Part shown: piece after piece, positions 37,692 to 47,625 of the stretch
Layout of the letters: the number at the start of each line of letters is the position of its first letter
Numbering within the stretch: the stretch's first letter is position 1
DNA from: Candidatus Latescibacterota bacterium
Lineage (GTDB): Bacteria; Latescibacterota; UBA2968; UBA8231
DNA length: 64,000 nt
Assembly: GCA_965248265.1 (NCBI GenBank)
Contig: CBDFJF010000001.1
Span: 384,001-448,000, forward strand
Reading direction: 5' to 3'
Notes under the pieces: model-generated
The model's database searches: none
What the model was told of the DNA's origin: nothing
Seen by the model: the letters and a program-made list of their open reading frames with translations, nothing else
Position numbers and translations under genes: made by a program

Positions 37692-40610
37692 ATGACGACG
37701 AACGGTGCGTTTGAGCTGGTTCAGAGCAGGGAAATACCTGAGCTGAACACGCAGGGCTTTCTGTACCGGCATCGGCCCACTGGCGCCGAGTTGCTGTCGC
37801 TCGTCAATGACGATGAGAACAAGGTGTTCGGCGTCACGCTGCGCACACCACCCACCGATTCTACCGGAATAGCGCACATTCTGGAGCATGCTGTGCTCTG
37901 TGGGTCTGAGAAGTACCCGGTGAAGGAGCCCTTCGTCGAGTTACTCAAGGGATCGCTGAAGACCTTCCTCAATGCCTTCACCTACCCCGACCGGACCTGC
38001 TACCCGGTGGCCAGCACCAACCTGCAGGACTTCTACAACCTTGTTGACGTTTATCTCGACGCTGTCTTCAGCCCGCGCCTGACCCCACAAGTCCTAAAGC
38101 AGGAGGGCTGGCACTACGAGTTGGAGCGGACGGAAGATCCACTGACCTACAAGGGTGTTGTCTTCAATGAGATGAAAGGCGCCTACTCCGCTCCTGAGCG
38201 GGTGCTGGCTGAATACGCTCAGCACTCCCTGTTTCCAGACAACACCTATGGTGTGGAATCCGGCGGGCACCCGAGAAGCATCCCCGATCTGACCTTCGAA
38301 CAGTTCGAACGCTTTCACACGACGTTGTACCACCCCTCGAATGCGCGGATTTTCTTTTATGGCGACGACGATCCCGACAAGCGTTTTGGGCTCGTGGAGG
38401 AATACCTGGAGCGCTACCAGCGCCTGGAAGTTGACTCGGCCATCGCCACGCAACAGCCGCTGGACGGCCCACGGTCAACGGAGGCGACGTACGCGGCCAG
38501 CGACGAAGACGAGGGTGGAAGCAAGGGCATGGTGGCAGTGAACTGGCTCCTTCACGGTGATATCGACACGGAGACCGGCCTGGCGCTGCAAATCCTCGAC
38601 TACATCCTGATCGGAACGCCGGCATCACCGCTGCGCAAGGCATTGATCGAGTCGGGGCTGGGCGAGGATCTGGCCGGCGTGGGCATGGAAACGGAACTCA
38701 AGCAATTTTTCTTTTCCACCGGTTTGCGCGGCGTCGAAGCCGATGACGAGGCGGCCGTCGAGGCGCTGGTGATCAGGACCCTGCAGGAGCTGGCCGACGG
38801 CGGTATCGATCCGCAGACGGTGGAGGCTGCCATCAATACGTCGGAGTTTCGGCTGCGTGAGAACAACACGGGGTCATACCCCAGGGGGCTGGTGTTGATG
38901 CTGCGTTCCCTGGCGAGTTGGCTCTACGACAAAGATCCGTTCGAGCCACTCGCCTTCGAGGCTCCGCTGCAGTCCGTGAAGAGCCTCGCGTTAACCGACG
39001 GCTATTTCTCACAGCTGATTCGAACCCACCTGGTAGACAACCCCCACCGCACCACGGTGCTGTTGCGTCCGGACACCAAGCAGGCGGCTCGTGAGGAACA
39101 GGAGGAGCGCGAGCGGCTGGACAACGCTCGCGCACGGATGTCCGCCGCGGATATCGACGACGTCATTGCCCAGACCGCCGAACTCAAGAGGCTGCAAGAG
39201 GCTCCAGATTCTCCGGAGGACCTGGCGAAACTGCCCCGGTTGAGGTTGGAGGATCTGGACACCAAGATCCGCACCGTGCCCATCGACGTTATCGAGCAGG
39301 AGGGCGCCACAGTACTCTATCACGATTTGTTTACGAACGGGATCGCCTACGTCGATGTGAGCTTCGATCTGCGTACCGTGCCCCAGGAGTTGCTGCCTTA
39401 CTTGTCACTGTTCGGGCGGGCTTTGACTGAGATCGGTACCTCGAAGGAAAACTTCGTGCAGCTCTCGCAGCGCATCGGCTCGCGCACGGGCGGCATCTGG
39501 GCGAGCCTGTTTCTGTCCTCGCGACGAGATGACAGCCGTGCCGTGACCCGGCTGTTCCTGCGAGGGAAGGCGATGCGGTCGCAGGTCGACGATCTTCTCG
39601 CCATCATGGGTGACGTACTCCTGGACGTCAACTTCGACAACAGGGAGCGCTTTCTGCAGATGGTGCTGGAAGAGAAGGCCGGTGAGGAGGCCGGCCTGGT
39701 TCCCGGTGGTCACGGGGTGGTCAGCATGCGGTTGCGTTCGCAATTCGATGAAGCCGGGTGGCTGACCGAGCAGATTGAGGGCGTCAGCCACCTGTTTTTT
39801 CTACGGTGTTTAGTCGACGAGATCGAAAACGACTGGGGGGCGGTACGGGCGAAGCTGGAGCAAGTACGGGCGCTGCTGATAAACGGAAGCACCGCCTTGT
39901 GCAACGTGACGATGGCGGCCGCTGACCGCGCGTCATTCGAGGGCAAACTGTCGACCTTGCTGGCCAAACTGCCAAATGCCCCCATCGAGCCGGCCGACTG
40001 GCAGCCGCAGCTGCGCGAGGTGGAAGAAGGCCTGGTGATCCCGGCGCAGGTCAACTATGTGGCCAAGGCGGCGAACCTCTACGACCTGGGTTACCAGCTG
40101 CACGGGTCCGTCGGTGTCATCACCAGGTTCCTGCGCAACACCTGGCTGTGGGATCGAGTGCGCGTCCAGGGAGGGGCGTACGGGGCTTTCTGCGCCTTCG
40201 ACCACTTCTCCGGGGTCATGGCTTTCGCCTCCTACCGTGATCCAAACGTCGTCGCTACCGTCGACAACTACGATGCCTGCGCGACGTTCTTGAAAGATCT
40301 GGACCTGTCCAATGAGGAGCTGACGAAAGCGATCATCGGCACGATCGGCGAGCTGGATTCCTACCAGCTGCCCGATGCCAAGGGCTACACGTCAATGGTT
40401 CGCTACCTGACCGGAGTGACGGACGAGTTTCGGCAACAAATGCGTGATGCGGTGCTGGGAACGTCAGTAGGGGATTTCAAAGCGTTCGCGGAGGTACTCG
40501 ACAGGGCGAGCGCCGCTGGGCGGGTCGTCGCGATGGGCTCGCGCGATGCCCTGGAGGCGGCCAACGAGGGCCGCGGCGGAAACTGGCTCGATATGGTGAG
40601 GGTGCTGTAG
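37692..40610 (+). CDS. M16C metallopeptidase (presequence protease PreP-like)
   Basis: HILEH, GSEKYPVKEPF, LNAFTYPD, VFNEMKG, RVQGGAYG, SYRDP. Confidence 0.95.
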   Translation: MTTNGAFELVQSREIPELNTQGFLYRHRPTGAELLSLVNDDENKVFGVTLRTPPTDSTGIAHILEHAVLCGSEKYPVKEPFVELLKGSLKTFLNAFTYPDRTCYPVASTNLQDFYNLVDVYLDAVFSPRLTPQVLKQEGWHYELERTEDPLTYKGVVFNEMKGAYSAPERVLAEYAQHSLFPDNTYGVESGGHPRSIPDLTFEQFERFHTTLYHPSNARIFFYGDDDPDKRFGLVEEYLERYQRLEVDSAIATQQPLDGPRSTEATYAASDEDEGGSKGMVAVNWLLHGDIDTETGLALQILDYILIGTPASPLRKALIESGLGEDLAGVGMETELKQFFFSTGLRGVEADDEAAVEALVIRTLQELADGGIDPQTVEAAINTSEFRLRENNTGSYPRGLVLMLRSLASWLYDKDPFEPLAFEAPLQSVKSLALTDGYFSQLIRTHLVDNPHRTTVLLRPDTKQAAREEQEERERLDNARARMSAADIDDVIAQTAELKRLQEAPDSPEDLAKLPRLRLEDLDTKIRTVPIDVIEQEGATVLYHDLFTNGIAYVDVSFDLRTVPQELLPYLSLFGRALTEIGTSKENFVQLSQRIGSRTGGIWASLFLSSRRDDSRAVTRLFLRGKAMRSQVDDLLAIMGDVLLDVNFDNRERFLQMVLEEKAGEEAGLVPGGHGVVSMRLRSQFDEAGWLTEQIEGVSHLFFLRCLVDEIENDWGAVRAKLEQVRALLINGSTALCNVTMAAADRASFEGKLSTLLAKLPNAPIEPADWQPQLREVEEGLVIPAQVNYVAKAANLYDLGYQLHGSVGVITRFLRNTWLWDRVRVQGGAYGAFCAFDHFSGVMAFASYRDPNVVATVDNYDACATFLKDLDLSNEELTKAIIGTIGELDSYQLPDAKGYTSMVRYLTGVTDEFRQQMRDAVLGTSVGDFKAFAEVLDRASAAGRVVAMGSRDALEAANEGRGGNWLDMVRVL

Positions 40611-40647
40611 GGGAACGAGAAGGAAAGTGCTGCTTCCTTGCCGGAAC

Positions 40648-40788
40648 TTATATCCCCAGCTCCTCCTCATTCAGCATGTAGGGCTCCGCTGTGTTTTGCC
40701 ACAAGCCACTGAAAAAAGCGGTGACAGCGACAGCCAGAGGGGCCAGAACCAGACCGGACAGCACGAAGATGAGTGTCGTAGCTTTCAT
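40648..40788 (-). CDS. 46-aa single-TM small protein
   Basis: MKATTLIFVLSGLVLAPLAVAVTAFFSGLWQNTAEPYMLNEEELGI, with a GGAGG RBS upstream of ATG 40788. Confidence 0.55.
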   Translation of the reverse strand: MKATTLIFVLSGLVLAPLAVAVTAFFSGLWQNTAEPYMLNEEELGI

Positions 40789-40863
40789 AGGAATAACCTC
40801 CCATTTATCCCTAGTATCGGACGCGCAGGGATATTCGTTAGGACCAATTGCCACAGTAGGCCG

Positions 40864-40880
40864 AGCAATCGATGTACCAA
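40864..40880 (-). promoter_or_regulatory. Sigma54 (-24/-12) promoter candidate
   Basis: Minus strand TTGGTACATCGATTGCT, with canonical GG-N10-GC spacing. Confidence 0.55.
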
Positions 40881-41028
40881 CTGCCGCGGACGCGCGTAAG
40901 GCGATGCTGGGTGCAAGTGCGGGGAGGTCTGCCAGAATGCGGATCGGGGTGATCTTAATGGCAGTATTAATAATTACTTATCAAGTTTAGCAAATCTTGC
41001 CAAATACGGCAACCGGAGGGGAATTCAA

Positions 41029-42036
41029 TCACTCCACCCACACCTCCTCGAACAGCCGCAGCCAGTTGCGACCCAGAAGCTTCTGGGTCTCCTCATCCGT
41101 ATAACCACGGTCCAGCAGCACCTCCGCCAGGTGGGGAAATTCCGACGGCGTTTCCATTCCCTTCGGTTGAAAGCAAAGCTCGGTGTAGGGCACGGAGGCG
41201 TCGGCAAAGGTTGACGGGAACTTGGTGCCCTGCTGGGCGGCGATATAATGCCAGAACTCCAAAGGCTGGTCCTGAGTGTTATCCGTTCCCACGCCGACGT
41301 GGTCGATGCCGATTCGTTCCACCATGTTGTCGATCGCGTCCACGAAGTCCTCTATAGTCGAATCGTGGCCCTTGGGCAGGAAGGGGGCGAAGGAGCAGGC
41401 GCCGATCACACCGCCTTTCTCTGCAAGTAACTTCAACGACTCCTCAGTGCGATTGCGCGGGTGGTCACAGAAGGAGCGGGCGTTGGCATGCGTGATCGAC
41501 ACTGGTTTGTCCGAAGTCTCGATGGCTTCCAACGTCGTCCGGTCGCCGACGTGGGAGAGGTCGATGAGGATTCCCAGCTGGTTCATCTCGCGCACGGCGT
41601 CGATGCCGAAGTTGCTCAAGCCCTCGTCGCGCCGCTCCCAACAACCATTACCCAGCAGGTTGCGTTCGTGGTAGGTCAGCTGGATCGTGCGCACGCCGAG
41701 GGTATGGAAGAGCCCGAGTCTGTCTAGGTCGTTCTCTATGGGTGACGCGTTCTGAAAACTGAGGATGATGCCCGTTTTGTCCTGGGACTTGGCGGCATGG
41801 ATGCTGTCGATGTCCGTCACCTGCATGATGTCGTCGCGCTCACGAAACCGGCGCATCCAGACCGTGATATGGTCGATCGTCTGCAGGAAATTCTCCCAGG
41901 TGGACACGGTGGCGTTGATGGCGGTGACGTTGCCTGTCCGCAAGCCCTCAAACACTTCGGGGCTCTCCCAGTTGCTGACGTTGAGTCCGTCGATGACGAT
42001 GGCCTGGTCGTACAGCTGTTGCGCTTGCGTCTGCAT
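41029..42036 (-). CDS. Membrane dipeptidase (peptidase M19) family
   Basis: IVIDGL, QLTYHERN, IDLSHVG, THAN, RN, DHVGVGTD, LGRNWLR. Confidence 0.92.
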   Translation of the reverse strand: MQTQAQQLYDQAIVIDGLNVSNWESPEVFEGLRTGNVTAINATVSTWENFLQTIDHITVWMRRFRERDDIMQVTDIDSIHAAKSQDKTGIILSFQNASPIENDLDRLGLFHTLGVRTIQLTYHERNLLGNGCWERRDEGLSNFGIDAVREMNQLGILIDLSHVGDRTTLEAIETSDKPVSITHANARSFCDHPRNRTEESLKLLAEKGGVIGACSFAPFLPKGHDSTIEDFVDAIDNMVERIGIDHVGVGTDNTQDQPLEFWHYIAAQQGTKFPSTFADASVPYTELCFQPKGMETPSEFPHLAEVLLDRGYTDEETQKLLGRNWLRLFEEVWVE

Positions 42037-43169
42037 CAGTGTTCTCCTCTGAAGCGGTCGCCGATTCTGAACAGTCTTCCGAGCGGGTTGTCCCGGTCTT
42101 CGACGGCATCGGCGATCACGGGTCCGATGGCGCCGCCGAATTTGAAACCGTGGCCGCAGCCGCAACCGGCGATCAGCACACGACTGGAATCCGGTGCCCA
42201 ATCGACGACGAAATGGTCGTCCGGGGTGTTGGTGTAGAGGCAGGAGCGGCCGCCGACGAGCTCCCCATCGGACAATGCCGGTATGCGCTCAGCAACGAAC
42301 TCCCGGGCCTCAGCCAAGAACCGCTCCGTCGGTTCGCGGTCGCTGTCGGGATCGGCATCCAGTACCTTGTTGTCCTCGGCGACCTTGACGTAACCCTCGT
42401 CGAGGAATGGGAAGCCGTACCAGGCATTGTCCGGCGCCAGAACACTCCATACCGGGAAGACCTCCCGACGGAATTCCTGCGGGTCTGGCGGAACAAAGAA
42501 GGCCATCTGTTGCCGGGTGATCCGCAGATGTCGCTGCAACCCCGGGAATAGCCGGATCAACCAGGGTCCGGCACTGACGATGGCGCGGTCGCAAGAAACG
42601 GTGTCGCCATCCGCACCGACGACGTCGACCCGATCTCTCTTTTCGTCCACCTCCTGAACAGTCATCTGTTCGCGAACCTCGATGCCGTCTGAGCGGGCGA
42701 TGGTGGCCAGCTGTGTCAGCGCTTCGCCACTGCGCAGGTAACCGCTCCAGGGGTCGAAGAAGATGGTATCTTCAGCCTTCACGACGAACTGAGGAAAGCG
42801 CCTTCGGGCCTCATCAGCAGAAAGGGTCTCGATCTCGGCGCCGAGCCGCTTTGTTGTTTCGAAGCCGCTATGGACCTTGCTGTGAGCGGGCAAGTCGTGG
42901 GAGATGCTGAGAAGACCCGGCTGGTGGTAGATAGAGGACCCTGAGCGCTCCTGCCACCGCGCCCACTGCTCAGCGGCTCGAGTCACGAGCTCGACGTACT
43001 CTTCCTCTGGATAGTGAACGCGCCGGATGGCCTTGGAGACATCCGTCGAAGAAGCATCGGGGGCGGGTATGGTTCTGCGCTCGCATAGAGTCACCTGGTG
43101 ACCCCTGGCACGCAACTCGATGGCCGCCGCCATGCCGAAAATTCCTCCTCCTATCACACCCGTGTGCAC
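42036..43169 (-). CDS. FAD-dependent oxidoreductase (sarcosine oxidase/fructosyl-amine oxidase-like)
   Basis: VIGGGIFG, SSTDVSKAIR, SAGPW, CLYTNTPD, GHGFKF. Confidence 0.9.
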   Translation of the reverse strand: MHTGVIGGGIFGMAAAIELRARGHQVTLCERRTIPAPDASSTDVSKAIRRVHYPEEEYVELVTRAAEQWARWQERSGSSIYHQPGLLSISHDLPAHSKVHSGFETTKRLGAEIETLSADEARRRFPQFVVKAEDTIFFDPWSGYLRSGEALTQLATIARSDGIEVREQMTVQEVDEKRDRVDVVGADGDTVSCDRAIVSAGPWLIRLFPGLQRHLRITRQQMAFFVPPDPQEFRREVFPVWSVLAPDNAWYGFPFLDEGYVKVAEDNKVLDADPDSDREPTERFLAEAREFVAERIPALSDGELVGGRSCLYTNTPDDHFVVDWAPDSSRVLIAGCGCGHGFKFGGAIGPVIADAVEDRDNPLGRLFRIGDRFRGEH

Positions 43170-43363
43170 GACGCATATTCCCCGCGGCTAACAAAATCCC
43201 TTTTTGCCAGAATTATCCCTATTTTATCCCTACATTTGTGACTCCATCGATCAAGTTAGGGATTCAGCGAACCCCTTGCGAGAATTTCCAGCCTGAGCGA
43301 TCATTAATGGGGCCTAATTACCCGTCCGGCATGTCTTTAGGGCCCCCAGGCGACAGGATCGCC

Positions 43364-44539
43364 GTGAGGACAGTCGGCAAGGGAGGGAATACCATCGACG
43401 CATCGCCCCAGACCAAAATCACATTTTCCAATCGTGGTGATTTCAGAAGAGTTCTAGCCCAGCGTGTAGAAGAATACTTCAGAGACCGCAATCTCAAGAC
43501 AACCGGCAACTGGCGGATGTACCTGAAAACGGCTCTCATCCTGATCTGGATGCCGGTTTCCTACGTACTGCTCGTATTCTACGCCGATACTCTGCTCACT
43601 GCCGTCATAGCCGCCTTTGCGCTGGCCCAGGGGTTCATTCTCGTGGGCCTCAACATCATGCACGACGGCAATCACGGCAGCTTTTCGAGCAGTAAGAAAA
43701 TCAACTCGATCATGGGATTTACGCTCGATCTGGCCGGCGGCAGCAACCTGATCTGGCGTCAAAAGCACAACATTATTCATCACACCTACACGAACATCGA
43801 CGGGGTGGATGAGGATCTGCACACGTCAGGTATCCTGCGACTGAGCCCGAACCAGCAGAAACGTCGCTGGCATCGTTTTCAGCATGTCTACGCCGTGCTG
43901 GCGTACGGCTTCCTGACGCTCACCTGGGTCTTAACCAACGACGTTCGAAAGCTCGTGGCCGGGCGCATCTTGGATTATCGCTTACCGCGGGCCTCGCGGT
44001 CTGATCTGGCGGTGCTGTTTCTGGGCAAAGCGATCTACCTCGGCTACATGATCGTCCTGCCGTTGTTCTTCCATCCCTTTCTTTACGTCGTCATCGCCTT
44101 CATCGGCATGCACATTGTGCAGGGTGTCACCCTGTCCCTGGTATTTCAACTGGCTCACGCGATGGGAGAAAACGAATTCCCGGAGCCGGAGCCAGCAAGC
44201 CGATCGATTGAAAACGAATGGGCCGTACACCAGGTCGAAACAACGGCCAATTTTGCGGGGAGCAACAAGCTGGCCACCCTGTACCTGGGCGGCCTGAATT
44301 TCCAGATTGAGCATCACCTCTTTCCCAAAGTCTGCCATGTTCACTATCCGGCGATCGGCAAGATCGTGAAGGAAACGTGCGCGGAGTTTTCGTTACCCTA
44401 CATCACTTATCCCTCGGTAACCTCTGCGATTGCCGCCCATTTTCGCTTTCTGCGGGCGATGGGGATGAGTCAGTTGGCCCCAGCCGTTCCTGCTCGAGGG
44501 CAGGACGTGGTATCACGAGTCCAAAGGAACGAGCATTAA
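43364..44539 (+). CDS. Fatty acid (acyl-CoA) desaturase; start codon uncertain
   Basis: His boxes HDGNH, HNIIHH and QIEHHLFP. Confidence 0.92.
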   Translation: MRTVGKGGNTIDASPQTKITFSNRGDFRRVLAQRVEEYFRDRNLKTTGNWRMYLKTALILIWMPVSYVLLVFYADTLLTAVIAAFALAQGFILVGLNIMHDGNHGSFSSSKKINSIMGFTLDLAGGSNLIWRQKHNIIHHTYTNIDGVDEDLHTSGILRLSPNQQKRRWHRFQHVYAVLAYGFLTLTWVLTNDVRKLVAGRILDYRLPRASRSDLAVLFLGKAIYLGYMIVLPLFFHPFLYVVIAFIGMHIVQGVTLSLVFQLAHAMGENEFPEPEPASRSIENEWAVHQVETTANFAGSNKLATLYLGGLNFQIEHHLFPKVCHVHYPAIGKIVKETCAEFSLPYITYPSVTSAIAAHFRFLRAMGMSQLAPAVPARGQDVVSRVQRNEH

Positions 44540-44809
44540 TTGAGAATATGCGTACGGAATCTTCCGTCGGATGCGACTGACGAAGACCTGCGAATCCTGT
44601 TCGAGTTGTTCGGGAAGGTATCTTCGGTGCAGGTCAGAGGCTTGCAGGGACAAGGTTTCGTTGAGATGCCGAGTAAGAGTGCCGCTCGCGATGCCATCGC
44701 TGGGCTCGACAACCAGAACCTGCTTGGCTCCGATATCGAGGTACTCGAAATGCAGGAACGGCGTGGCGGACCGCCGAAGGGTAAACCGCGCCGCCGCCGC
44801 CGCCGCTAA
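44540..44809 (+). CDS. RRM (RNP-1) RNA-binding protein
   Basis: ICVRNLP, GFVEM, AIAGLD, Arg-rich tail. Confidence 0.85.
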   Translation: MRICVRNLPSDATDEDLRILFELFGKVSSVQVRGLQGQGFVEMPSKSAARDAIAGLDNQNLLGSDIEVLEMQERRGGPPKGKPRRRRRR

Positions 44810-44814
44810 GCCCG

Positions 44815-46746
44815 CTACGGCAGGGCGAAGGCCATGATGCCCGCCGCACCTCCGGCATCGGGAGAGTTGGTCGGAATCGCGATAAACTGCCGTCCATTCA
44901 CTGAATACGTTATCGGGTTTCCTGTCGCGTTGCCGGGCATTGGCAAGCGATCGAGCAGGCGCCCATCCTCCAGATCATAGGCCCACAGATAGCGCTCGGC
45001 ATCGACGTCGAAGGAGTGTCCACCGCCGCGCAGCCATTGAGCGTGCTCGGCGGTGACCAGCAGCGACGTCGGCGTGGCCAGCACGAAGAACCGTCCGCCC
45101 GACCCAAGTGGCGGCAGCGGGCCGAGTGATTTCAGTGCGGGATGGTTCACGGGTCCGGTGCCGGTCGGTACCATCCACATGTGATCCCCCGAGTTCAGGT
45201 CGATGGCGGTGATTCTGCTGTAGGGCGGCTGCATCAATGGCAAGCCTTCGGGGCCATGCAGGGTTTCGTTCCGTTCGGCGAAATAGGTAGTGGTGGAGGA
45301 GTGAGCACCGGTTTCGCCAAGTTGAATCACATCCGGCTTGGTGTGGGATGGGATGTAGAGCCAGCCGGTACCCGCATCGATGGCGCCGCCCGTCCAGTCG
45401 CCTCCACCGACTCCACCAGGCAATGCTACAACCCCTCGTTGCGAGGGAGGGGTGTAGATGACTCCATGGTCGTACTGGGAGATGATCTCCAATGCCTGCT
45501 GCCGCAGAGCGGGGGTGAAATCGATGAGATCCTCTACCATCAGGCCCTGACGGTCGAAGGGGAGAGGGCGTGTCGGGAAGGGTTGGGTGGGCGAGACCTG
45601 TTCGCCCGGAGTCGTCGACGCCGGCACGGGTCGCTCTTGCAGTGGCCACACCGGATCACCGGTGATGCGGTCAAAGACGAAGCAAAAGGCCTGCTTGGTA
45701 ATCTGTGCTACCGCCTTGATGGGCCGTCCGTCAACGACGAGATCAACCAGGATCGGTGGCGCGGGCAGGTCGTAATCCCAGACATCGTGGTGGGTCAGCT
45801 GCTGGTGCCAGATCCGCTGGCCGGTGGCGGCATTCAGGCACACCAGGGACGAGGCAAACAGGTTGTCCCCGGGACGCTCGCCACCGTAATAGACGTTGTT
45901 GGGTCCACCGAAAGGGACGTAGACATATCCCAGCTCCTGATCCGAGCTGATGACGGCCCAGGCGTTGGCACGGCGGCCTCGTGCGAGGGAGTCTTTCTCC
46001 CACGTGTGTGCGCCGAATTCACCTGCTCGGGGTACCGAGTGGAAGGTCCACAGCTGCTCTCCCGTATGCACGTCAAATCCCCTGACATCCCCCGGCGGAG
46101 CAGCCTCGGATGTATGACTATCACCCACCGATGAGCCGACGACGACAACGTCGCGGCAGATCGTCGGCGGCGAATTGAGACTGTACTCGAAACGCTCTAC
46201 AGGAACGTCGAGCCCGTCAGTGAGATCGACACGTCCGGCGATTCCGAATGTTGAATCTGGCAAGCCGGATTTGGCATCGAGGGCGTAGAGGAAGGCGCTG
46301 GCGGTACCGAATAGGATACGGTCGTTACCCTCGCCATCCGACCAATATGCCACTCCCCGATGGGTACTGAAGTGATTGCGTTCCTTCCACGCTTCAGGAT
46401 CAAAACTCCACAACTGTTCACCCGTGGTTGCGTCGAGGGCGGCGACCATGCTCAAGGGGGTGCTGGTGTACAGGATGTCGTCAACGACGAGAGGTGTAGC
46501 GCGGTTGAATATGGGATACAGGCGCAGGTCGTCGCGCTCGAGAATGACTGCATCCGGAGAGCGCCATTGCCAGGCCAGCTCCAGTCGCGACAGGTTAGTG
46601 CCGTCTATCTGACGCAGCCGTGAGTATCTCGTGCTGGCTGGGTCAGCGCCGTAGTAGGCCCAATCGTGGGAGCCGGTCTGTGCGTTTGTAAGGTTGGGCG
46701 GCAGGCACAGGCATGCAACTATCGCGGCTGTGCAGGTAGATTTCAA
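44815..46746 (-). CDS. PQQ-dependent dehydrogenase (quinoprotein glucose dehydrogenase-like)
   Basis: Signal peptide, TRYS.L.QI, ATPLVVD, RGVAYW, RPGDNLF, HHDVWDYD, PTQPFP, NPITY. Confidence 0.92.
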   Translation of the reverse strand: MKSTCTAAIVACLCLPPNLTNAQTGSHDWAYYGADPASTRYSRLRQIDGTNLSRLELAWQWRSPDAVILERDDLRLYPIFNRATPLVVDDILYTSTPLSMVAALDATTGEQLWSFDPEAWKERNHFSTHRGVAYWSDGEGNDRILFGTASAFLYALDAKSGLPDSTFGIAGRVDLTDGLDVPVERFEYSLNSPPTICRDVVVVGSSVGDSHTSEAAPPGDVRGFDVHTGEQLWTFHSVPRAGEFGAHTWEKDSLARGRRANAWAVISSDQELGYVYVPFGGPNNVYYGGERPGDNLFASSLVCLNAATGQRIWHQQLTHHDVWDYDLPAPPILVDLVVDGRPIKAVAQITKQAFCFVFDRITGDPVWPLQERPVPASTTPGEQVSPTQPFPTRPLPFDRQGLMVEDLIDFTPALRQQALEIISQYDHGVIYTPPSQRGVVALPGGVGGGDWTGGAIDAGTGWLYIPSHTKPDVIQLGETGAHSSTTTYFAERNETLHGPEGLPLMQPPYSRITAIDLNSGDHMWMVPTGTGPVNHPALKSLGPLPPLGSGGRFFVLATPTSLLVTAEHAQWLRGGGHSFDVDAERYLWAYDLEDGRLLDRLPMPGNATGNPITYSVNGRQFIAIPTNSPDAGGAAGIMAFALP

Positions 46747-46753
46747 CGTCAGC

Positions 46754-47434
46754 TCAGGAGGGACCGACCGCCCTGATAGCCAAGAGCATGTCGCCTACGT
46801 ACAACGATTTGATGGCGAACGAGTGAGACTGGAGCAGGCGGGCCATGCCACGCTGGTCCATGTATCGCTTGAACACCTTGAACTTGCGGCCGTCCTTGAT
46901 AACCCGCTCCTCGACACTCTCCTGCTTGCGGTACTTGCTACGGCGCGAATTCCACAGGCTGTCGATGACCATCAGCTCGCCGCCGGGTTGCAGGATCTGC
47001 TTCAGCCGCTCGAAGAAGCCGATTTCCTGGTCGCGGCTGAGGTGGCTGAGCAGGATACTGACAAAAGCCCGGTCGAACACGTCGGTTCCCAGGTCGATGT
47101 CGAAGAAATCGGCGTGTATGAACTTGGGAGGCTTGAGGTTCTGGTCTTTGATTCTGGTTTGCGCCTGACTCAGCATGTTGGCCGACTGATCCAGGCAAGT
47201 GATCTCGTCGCATTTCGAGGCATAGAACGGGGTCCAGTAGGCCGTGCCGCAGGCGATGTCGATCAGGTGTTTGCCACCGAAGTCGGAGACCGCCTCACCG
47301 ATTTGGGCGAAATCCTTGACGTACATGCCGCCATAATGCTGGATGGCTGGCCCCTTGCCCGCGTAGATGTCGTCGTACTCCTCCGCGCGCTCGTCAAAAT
47401 AGAGCAGCATGTCCTTTTGGATGCTGGCATTCAT
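46754..47434 (-). CDS. Class I SAM-dependent methyltransferase
   Basis: YFDERAEEYD, IDIACGTAYWT, LDQSANML, LQPGG. Confidence 0.88.
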   Translation of the reverse strand: MNASIQKDMLLYFDERAEEYDDIYAGKGPAIQHYGGMYVKDFAQIGEAVSDFGGKHLIDIACGTAYWTPFYASKCDEITCLDQSANMLSQAQTRIKDQNLKPPKFIHADFFDIDLGTDVFDRAFVSILLSHLSRDQEIGFFERLKQILQPGGELMVIDSLWNSRRSKYRKQESVEERVIKDGRKFKVFKRYMDQRGMARLLQSHSFAIKSLYVGDMLLAIRAVGPS

Positions 47435-47625
47435 TCGCTGCCTCTATGGTGATCACACTGCAAGGCCGTCTTGTCGCGCAATAGCTGCCTTTGGGGCAGA
47501 AGGACAGCGAAGCGTCTTGGGCCGGTGTAAAGTACACCGACAAGCCGAGATATCAAAGCGGAGTTTGTGCCGCGGGGGTCTCTGAGCTTTGATCTGAAGG
47601 TCGTCTTATGCGTATCGTTGCCAGG

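Noticed and set aside
44789-44806. (CGC)n microsatellite
   Set aside because: It simply encodes the poly-Arg tail of the RRM protein.
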